In this document: positions 57,406-64,000 of the stretch, piece after piece | Position numbering within the stretch: position 1 is the first letter of the stretch | Layout: the number at the start of each line of letters is the position of its first letter | Assembly (NCBI GenBank): GCA_031414595.1 | Contig: JANNVX010000088.1 | Span: forward strand, 96,001 to 160,000 | Direction of reading: 5' to 3' | Length of the DNA: 64,000 bases | Source: Deinococcales bacterium | GTDB lineage: Bacteria > Deinococcota > Deinococci > Deinococcales > JAAFIG01 | Translations under genes and position numbers: made by a program | Notes under the pieces: model-generated | Told to the model about the DNA's origin: nothing | Databases searched by the model: none | Seen by the model: the letters and a program-made list of their open reading frames with translations, nothing else

Positions 57406-59577
57406 TCAGTTCTCGAGCCAAGTCAGTTGCAATTTGTTCAAAAACAAGGCTTCTTGCGATCCACTCGAGAAAATCTCATTAAATTGGGCTGGGCTGCATG
57501 TTCGCTCGATTTTTTTAGCATAAACCCGTTCGAGTAAAGAAAGGTAATGCCTAACCTCGTAATCTTTTGCCAGCTCGAGCGGACTGGCAGACTCATCGGC
57601 GGGTAGAATCCCGTAACCATGATTGCGACGATACAACCTGATTCTTTCGCCCTTCTGCCAAGTTCGTCCAGCTTCGAGCATTGCTTCATACGCCGCTTCG
57701 CGTAATTTGGCGCGACTGGCTTGATATTCCTGAACAGTTTTTCGCAAACGCACCCGAGTGGCAAGTTCTTTTGCCACAAAGCCTCGAGATTCAATTTTTC
57801 TGCAAGTCTCAAGGTAAATCTGGCGAATTTTATCTGGCTTGTCATGCAGCGCTGCTTCAGCAATTTGCTGGGTAAAAATCTGCATAACAGGTTCAAAACG
57901 GCTCGAGTGAAAATTCACCCCACGCAATTGGACTGTGCCATCGGTTCTAAGCAGTGCATAGTTTTTTATATCATGCGAAAGCATGGCAGGGTAAAGGTCG
58001 TCGAACTCGAGGGTGATGCCTTCGGGTAGAGAATCGGAAATGTTTTTGACCAAGGCTCGAGAAGTGGCTTCGTCCATTTCGGAGGCAAAGAAAACTCCGT
58101 CTGTGTCGGCTTCTAGTAATTTTACTTTGGCATCTCGTAACTGTTTAATCACCTGCTCGAGAATATCCCTGCCCGTCTGGGTGATTTTATCGGCGGCGTG
58201 GCGGTCGGCAAATAAAGCCATTTGTCCAGCCCCCAAATACCCATAAGCGCTGTTTAGCACTAATTTTAGAGCAGACGACATCGCATCGTGGTGGGTGTTT
58301 TTGGTTTCTTTTGACAAGCGTTTATGTTCGAGGCGGCGCTCTAACATCTGTTTGACCAACGAAAGCAGTACGCCCATTTCATCACAACTCGAGCCAATGT
58401 TAAACGCCCGCATCACACTTGGGTAAAGAGAAGCAATATCGGCTTTGACCACGTTTTTTGCCAGTCCAGCATAAAATAAAAAGACTGCCCCGCCCTCGTG
58501 CGGTTTTTCCAAATAGGCGCAATCAGAACTTGGTAAAGCCTGACCAGCCTGCAAGTACGCCCGAACCAGCATCGGCTCGAGAATACCGGTGGCAGTTCCA
58601 GCACTGGAAATCCGTTCATAACGCCGAGGTGCAAGTTTAGACAGCGCAAAACTGGCGGGCATCAGTTTTTGACTGAGCCTGTCCACTTCACGCACATCCT
58701 CTAAAGCGTATGCCCTGACCAAATCTGGATTTTTGGTGTACTGAGCCGCGATACTCGAGCCTTCAAGGTAAACTCGGTTCGGCGAAGCCAAGCCGTAATG
58801 TTTTGCCACATCTTTAAGGCGGTGACTTGGCAATTCCCGAGTTACAAAATCATGTCGCCAAACCGCGTCGAGCGTATCTATAATTTCACGCCCTGCCACG
58901 CTGTAGCGCTCACCTTCACGGCGCAGCACTTTTGGGGTGCGCCCAAGTGTTAAGGCAATTCCATGAACTGCTGCTCGAGCCTCGAGAAACGGCATGTCAA
59001 AGCCATTAATATTGTGGTTCTCGAGTACATCAGGGTCGCGTTCACCAATCACCGAGACCAAATCCGTAATTAAGTCGCTTTCCGTCCCTTCAAGCAGCAC
59101 TTCAAACCCACTCGAGTCACGCACCGCAATTAAAAAAATCTGTCCATCCTCGGGTTTTAAGCTGGTGGTCTCGAGGTCAAATTGCAAACGTTTAAGTTCA
59201 AAAAACTCAAGTCCCTTAAAATAAGTTCGCCCAGAAGCCATTAAATACTGCTCATTCAAGCCAACCGAGTAAAAATTCGGATGTTCACGAGTCAACCCAA
59301 GTACCCGCCGTAACTTAAGCCAGTTCTCGCATCTGACCAAGTATTTGTATGTCCCAGACCCCGGTAACTCGAGCATCTGCAAACCCTGCTTTTCCCAATT
59401 TGGCTCTACTTTTTTGGCATAGACCCAAGGCACAAATCGGTCAGTCTCGAGCAAAAGCTGCCCGCCCACACGTCGCCAAATTTGCACCAAGCCATTTGGG
59501 GCTGTCTCTACCGAAACAATCCCCGAAGTCTCATCCCACCCCTCGAGCCAGTGTATTTGCGAAAACCCTGTATCCAT
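57406..59577 (-). CDS. polB: family B DNA polymerase with 3'-5' exonuclease
   Basis: ExoI FDLETT, ExoII N..GFD, ExoIII Y..EDV; DIASLYPS, KLVLNSAYG, ADTDG. Confidence 0.9.
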   Translation of the reverse strand: MDTGFSQIHWLEGWDETSGIVSVETAPNGLVQIWRRVGGQLLLETDRFVPWVYAKKVEPNWEKQGLQMLELPGSGTYKYLVRCENWLKLRRVLGLTREHPNFYSVGLNEQYLMASGRTYFKGLEFFELKRLQFDLETTSLKPEDGQIFLIAVRDSSGFEVLLEGTESDLITDLVSVIGERDPDVLENHNINGFDMPFLEARAAVHGIALTLGRTPKVLRREGERYSVAGREIIDTLDAVWRHDFVTRELPSHRLKDVAKHYGLASPNRVYLEGSSIAAQYTKNPDLVRAYALEDVREVDRLSQKLMPASFALSKLAPRRYERISSAGTATGILEPMLVRAYLQAGQALPSSDCAYLEKPHEGGAVFLFYAGLAKNVVKADIASLYPSVMRAFNIGSSCDEMGVLLSLVKQMLERRLEHKRLSKETKNTHHDAMSSALKLVLNSAYGYLGAGQMALFADRHAADKITQTGRDILEQVIKQLRDAKVKLLEADTDGVFFASEMDEATSRALVKNISDSLPEGITLEFDDLYPAMLSHDIKNYALLRTDGTVQLRGVNFHSSRFEPVMQIFTQQIAEAALHDKPDKIRQIYLETCRKIESRGFVAKELATRVRLRKTVQEYQASRAKLREAAYEAMLEAGRTWQKGERIRLYRRNHGYGILPADESASPLELAKDYEVRHYLSLLERVYAKKIERTCSPAQFNEIFSSGSQEALFLNKLQLTWLEN

Positions 59578-59677
59578 TTATCTAAAAACAGAATAAAACC
59601 CAACTGTGCGAAGAAAGTGAGGAGGGGGAGCAGGGTGAAAAGGTGAAAAGGTTAAAAGGTTTCTCCTTCCTCTGCCC

Positions 59678-61123
59678 TTACTGCCCTTGCCCAAGCGAAA
59701 ACCCGGGTTCGCCATCAAAAGTGCATAAATTCTCGATTTTAATAAAGTCTAAGCCCTCGAGTGCCACCCGTCCGAGCAACCGAACAATGTCTTCATGGCT
59801 GATTGATAACCCTTCTGGCACAGTGAATCTGCCGCGCCAATGGTCGGTTCTAAAGGTTTCTGGGAAGCCTCCGGGCCAGACTTTTACGCCACGGTTGGTA
59901 ATCATCGTCAGTTTCAAATGTTCTAAATTTGCCCGTTGGAGTTGTACCGCCAAATCCTCGGCGGTCTGTCCACGCCAATTGACAAAGACATCCACACCAA
60001 CGGTTTCTTTGCGGGCGGGTAAACGGCGCACCAGCTTGGCGTGGGGTTGACGTTCTAAGTCGGCGGCTGCAAAATGGGTGACGGGTAGGTGTTGTGGTTC
60101 ACGCCCGAGGTTGGCAATCAGGGCATCAGCAAATTCTTGTGTACCAACTTTTTTCTGGCTCGAGTCGGCTTCAAAAATATCGGCGGTGTGGTGTCCTTCC
60201 TCGAGCGTCACCAGCCAAGCATTTTTGATTTTAGCGGCTACTTCGGGTTGTCCAATATGCACCAGCATCAGCACCGCCGCGTTCAGTAAGCCACTCGGGT
60301 TAGCGATGTCTTGCCCAGCAATGTCTGGGGCGCTGCCGTGAACCGCTTCAAACATCGCAACCTCATCACCAATGTTGGCACTTCCCGCCAAGCCGACACT
60401 GCCCGTCACTTCGGCAGCGATGTCGGATAAAATATCGCCGTACAAATTTGGGGCTAAAATCACATCAAATCGGTCTGGGTTCTCGGCTAAACGGGCTGCA
60501 CCAATGTCTACAATCATGTGTTCTTGGCTAATTTCGGGGTACTCTGCGCCAAGTTCGTCAAAAACCTTATGGAATAAACCGTCGGTCAGTTTCATAATGT
60601 TGTCTTTAGTCACGCAAGTGATGTGTTTACGCCCGTGTCGCCGAGCGTATTCAAAGGCATAGCGCACAATCCGTTCTGTGCCGGGTCTCGAGATGAGTTT
60701 TAAGCACTGCACCACTTCATCGGTTTGGCGGTGTTCGATACCCGCATACAAATCCTCTTCGTTTTCGCGGACAATCACCAAATCAATTTTCTTATGCTTG
60801 GTACTGACAAATGGCGCAAAACTTTGGCACGGGCGGACATTGGCATACAAACCCAAGGTCTTACGAATCGTCACATTCAGGCTCTTAAAACCCCCACCTT
60901 GCGGCGTGGTAATCGGGCTTTTAAGAAAAACCTTGGTGCGGCGCAAACTTGCCCAAGAACTCGGTTCAATCCCACTCGAGTGACCACGTTCATAGACCGC
61001 TTTGCCAATCGCAATTTCTTCGAGTTCAAGCTGCGCCCCGGCTGCATCTAAAATTCGCAAAGTCGCCTTCATGATTTCAGGACCAATGCCATCGCCGTGC
61101 GCTACAGTAATAGGAATTTTCAC
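59678..61123 (-). CDS. icd: NADP-dependent isocitrate dehydrogenase (Thermus/Rickettsia type)
   Basis: GDGIGPEI, SLNVTIRK, EAVHGSAPDIAG, C-terminal NRGVKVWP..DHWRGRF domain. Confidence 0.95.
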   Translation of the reverse strand: MKIPITVAHGDGIGPEIMKATLRILDAAGAQLELEEIAIGKAVYERGHSSGIEPSSWASLRRTKVFLKSPITTPQGGGFKSLNVTIRKTLGLYANVRPCQSFAPFVSTKHKKIDLVIVRENEEDLYAGIEHRQTDEVVQCLKLISRPGTERIVRYAFEYARRHGRKHITCVTKDNIMKLTDGLFHKVFDELGAEYPEISQEHMIVDIGAARLAENPDRFDVILAPNLYGDILSDIAAEVTGSVGLAGSANIGDEVAMFEAVHGSAPDIAGQDIANPSGLLNAAVLMLVHIGQPEVAAKIKNAWLVTLEEGHHTADIFEADSSQKKVGTQEFADALIANLGREPQHLPVTHFAAADLERQPHAKLVRRLPARKETVGVDVFVNWRGQTAEDLAVQLQRANLEHLKLTMITNRGVKVWPGGFPETFRTDHWRGRFTVPEGLSISHEDIVRLLGRVALEGLDFIKIENLCTFDGEPGFSLGQGQ

Positions 61124-61192
61124 GGTTTTAGCCTAACGATTCTCGAGCTTTGCAATACCAAGCTAAGTCACAATTGTGGTGGGTCGGCAACC

Positions 61193-61747
61193 TTAACCAC
61201 CCAAAATATCAGCTTGTTTTTGCTCCAAGGTTTTATCTACTTTTTGAATGTGTTCATCGGTAATTTTCTGCACATCGGCTTCGCCACGTTTGACATCATC
61301 TTGGCTGGCAAGTTTGTCTTTCTCGAGTTGCTTTACGGCTTTATTGGCATCTTGGCGGACATTGCGAATCGCAACTTTGGCTTCCTCGGCGTATTTATGG
61401 GCGGTTTTCACCAAGTCCTTACGGCGTTCTTCGGTTAGTGACGGAATCGTAATATAAAGCGCATCGCCTTTATTGGCGGGGTTTAACCCAAGGTCAGAAT
61501 CGCGGATGGCTTTTTCGATACCACTTAAGCTGCCACGGTCAAACGGTGTGACCACCAGTGTTCTCGAGTCCGGCACAGTAATATTTGCCATTTGGTTAAT
61601 CGGCATCTCCGAGCCGTAATAATCCATGGTTACTTTTTGCAGCATTCCGGGGTTGGCTCGTCCGGTGCGAAGCACACTTAAATGATGCTCCAAGGCTTCG
61701 ATGGCTTTGCTCATGCGGGTTTTCGCGTCAGATATAATTTCTTTCAT
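61193..61747 (-). CDS. frr: ribosome recycling factor
   Basis: [26 protein letters not shown]. Confidence 0.97.
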   Translation of the reverse strand: MKEIISDAKTRMSKAIEALEHHLSVLRTGRANPGMLQKVTMDYYGSEMPINQMANITVPDSRTLVVTPFDRGSLSGIEKAIRDSDLGLNPANKGDALYITIPSLTEERRKDLVKTAHKYAEEAKVAIRNVRQDANKAVKQLEKDKLASQDDVKRGEADVQKITDEHIQKVDKTLEQKQADILGG

Positions 61748-61775
61748 AACGCGCTATTCTACCTGAAATCTTTCT

Positions 61776-61809
61776 AAAAAAAAGAAGCCCAATAATTGGG
61801 CTTCTTTTT
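61776..61809 (-). terminator. intrinsic (bidirectional) terminator after pgk
   Basis: A-tract-GAAGCCC-aataatt-GGGCTTC-T-tract. Confidence 0.85.
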
Positions 61810-61816
61810 AGTATTT

Positions 61817-62980
61817 TTACTCGAGTGCTGCCACACCGGGCAAGATTTTCCCCTCGAGCAATTCAAGGCTTGCGCCGCCACCCGTGGAGATATGGTCTAT
61901 TTTATTGGCATAGCCCGTTTCGTTAATTGCCGCTACACTGTCGCCGCCACCAACCACCGTAAAGGCATTCTGGATTTTAGCCAAGGCTGCTGCTACCGCA
62001 TTTGTACCACTGGCGAAAGCTGGAAATTCAAAGACCCCCATTGGTCCGTTCCAAAAAACCGTTTGGGCATTCTCTAGCGCCGCAGCAAAGACTTTTTGGC
62101 TTTCAGGTCCAATATCCATGCCTTCCCAATCGTCGGGTATGGCATTGGTGGCAAAAATCTGCGTGTTTGCGTCTGCCGCAAATTTATCGCCTGCCAAGGT
62201 ATCGGACGGCAACACAATTTTAGAGCCGAACTGCTCGAGTAAGCGCTTGGCAGTCTCCAAAAAATCATCTTCATGGATGCTCTTGCCGATTTTGCCACCC
62301 ATGGCTTTGACAAAGGTGTACGCCATGCCCCCACCAATCAGCATTTTATCCACTTTGGGCAGCAGGTTCTCGATGACTTTGAGTTTATCCGAAACCTTTG
62401 CTCCGCCAATAATCACCACATAAGGTGAAACAGGATGCTCGAGCAGTTTGGTTAATTGCACCATTTCTTTCTCGAGCAGTAAACCTGCCGCATGAGGAAG
62501 CAACCCAGCCACACCAGAAACACTTGAATGCGCCCGATGAGCGCTTCCAAAAGCATCTAGTACAAAGGCATCACCAAGCGCAGCTAGTGCTGAATTTAGA
62601 GTCGCATCATTTTTTTCTTCGCCAGTTTCAAAACGCACATTCTCGAGTAGTGCCACCTGTCCAGCTTGTAAATCCGACAAGGCTTGGACGGTCTCAGGGC
62701 TGGCAGGAGTTGACCGAACATACAAGACACTCTTGCCTAATGCCTTCTCGAGAACTGGAACAACAGGTGCAAGTCGGTATTTTTCATCCACACCTTTAGG
62801 ACGACCAAAATGCGACATTAAAATAACGGCTGCGCCACGCTCAAGCAGCCAATTGATGGTCTCGAGACTGGCTGTAATTCGCGTGTCATCTGATACCACA
62901 CCGTTATCAACTGGTACATTGTAATCTACACGCACCAAAACACGTTTACCAGCCACTTCTAAAGAATTTAGGGTTTTCAT
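61817..62980 (-). CDS. pgk: phosphoglycerate kinase
   Basis: [30 protein letters not shown]. Confidence 0.98.
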   Translation of the reverse strand: MKTLNSLEVAGKRVLVRVDYNVPVDNGVVSDDTRITASLETINWLLERGAAVILMSHFGRPKGVDEKYRLAPVVPVLEKALGKSVLYVRSTPASPETVQALSDLQAGQVALLENVRFETGEEKNDATLNSALAALGDAFVLDAFGSAHRAHSSVSGVAGLLPHAAGLLLEKEMVQLTKLLEHPVSPYVVIIGGAKVSDKLKVIENLLPKVDKMLIGGGMAYTFVKAMGGKIGKSIHEDDFLETAKRLLEQFGSKIVLPSDTLAGDKFAADANTQIFATNAIPDDWEGMDIGPESQKVFAAALENAQTVFWNGPMGVFEFPAFASGTNAVAAALAKIQNAFTVVGGGDSVAAINETGYANKIDHISTGGGASLELLEGKILPGVAALE

Positions 62981-62990
62981 AAATAGCTCC

Positions 62991-63105
62991 TAGTTTTTAG
63001 CTGTTAGCTTCTAGTTCATTAGGTTTTTGAAGAAGTCTTAAAGATACAGTTTGTATAATCCAAAAACCTTTCGAGCTAACAGCTAGAAACTAGAAGCTAA
63101 CAGCT
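62991..63105. repeat. inverted heptamer tandem repeat (TAGCTGT/TAGCTTC type) between gap and pgk
   Basis: TAGTTTT TAGCTGT TAGCTTC TAGTTCA ... AGCTAAC AGCTAGA AACTAGA AGCTAAC. Confidence 0.75.
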
Positions 63106-63107
63106 TA

Positions 63108-64000
<893 letters not shown>

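Overview
Chromosomal segment of a bacterium that looks like Deinococcota/Deinococcales, although the GC content is unusually low for that group (mid-40s % by eye). The assignment is an inference from the archaeal-type ProRS, the Thermus-type Icd and pervasive TANNNT-N5-8-ATG leaderless starts. Housekeeping genes (murA, proS, nspC, recX, ribF, gltX, pilT, ispD/ispE, icd, frr, pgk, gap) are interleaved with accessory material. Highlights: (1) the palindrome CTCGAG is hyper-abundant in a HIP1-like manner and sparse in AT-rich accessory genes; (2) two AfsR/SARP-type BTAD-NB-ARC-TPR regulators each face a lipoprotein operon with an 11-bp tandem-repeat operator and a small ORF, one of them an unannotated 53-aa peptide with a RiPP-like YxxPxL leader motif; (3) three paralogous YafQ-like TA modules plus Uma2 sit inside an AAA+/VWA operon; (4) a DUF3800 gene is preceded by a candidate two-hairpin small RNA with its own promoter; (5) a ~10-kb AT-rich secreted-protein/lipoprotein island is bracketed by a duplicated ispD 5' end and carries three copies of an internal repeat; (6) there is an intact family-B DNA polymerase, plus heptamer repeats and a REP doublet. 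No rRNA, tRNA, CRISPR array, transposase or integrase was recognised. All assignments come from motif reading; no database searches were run.
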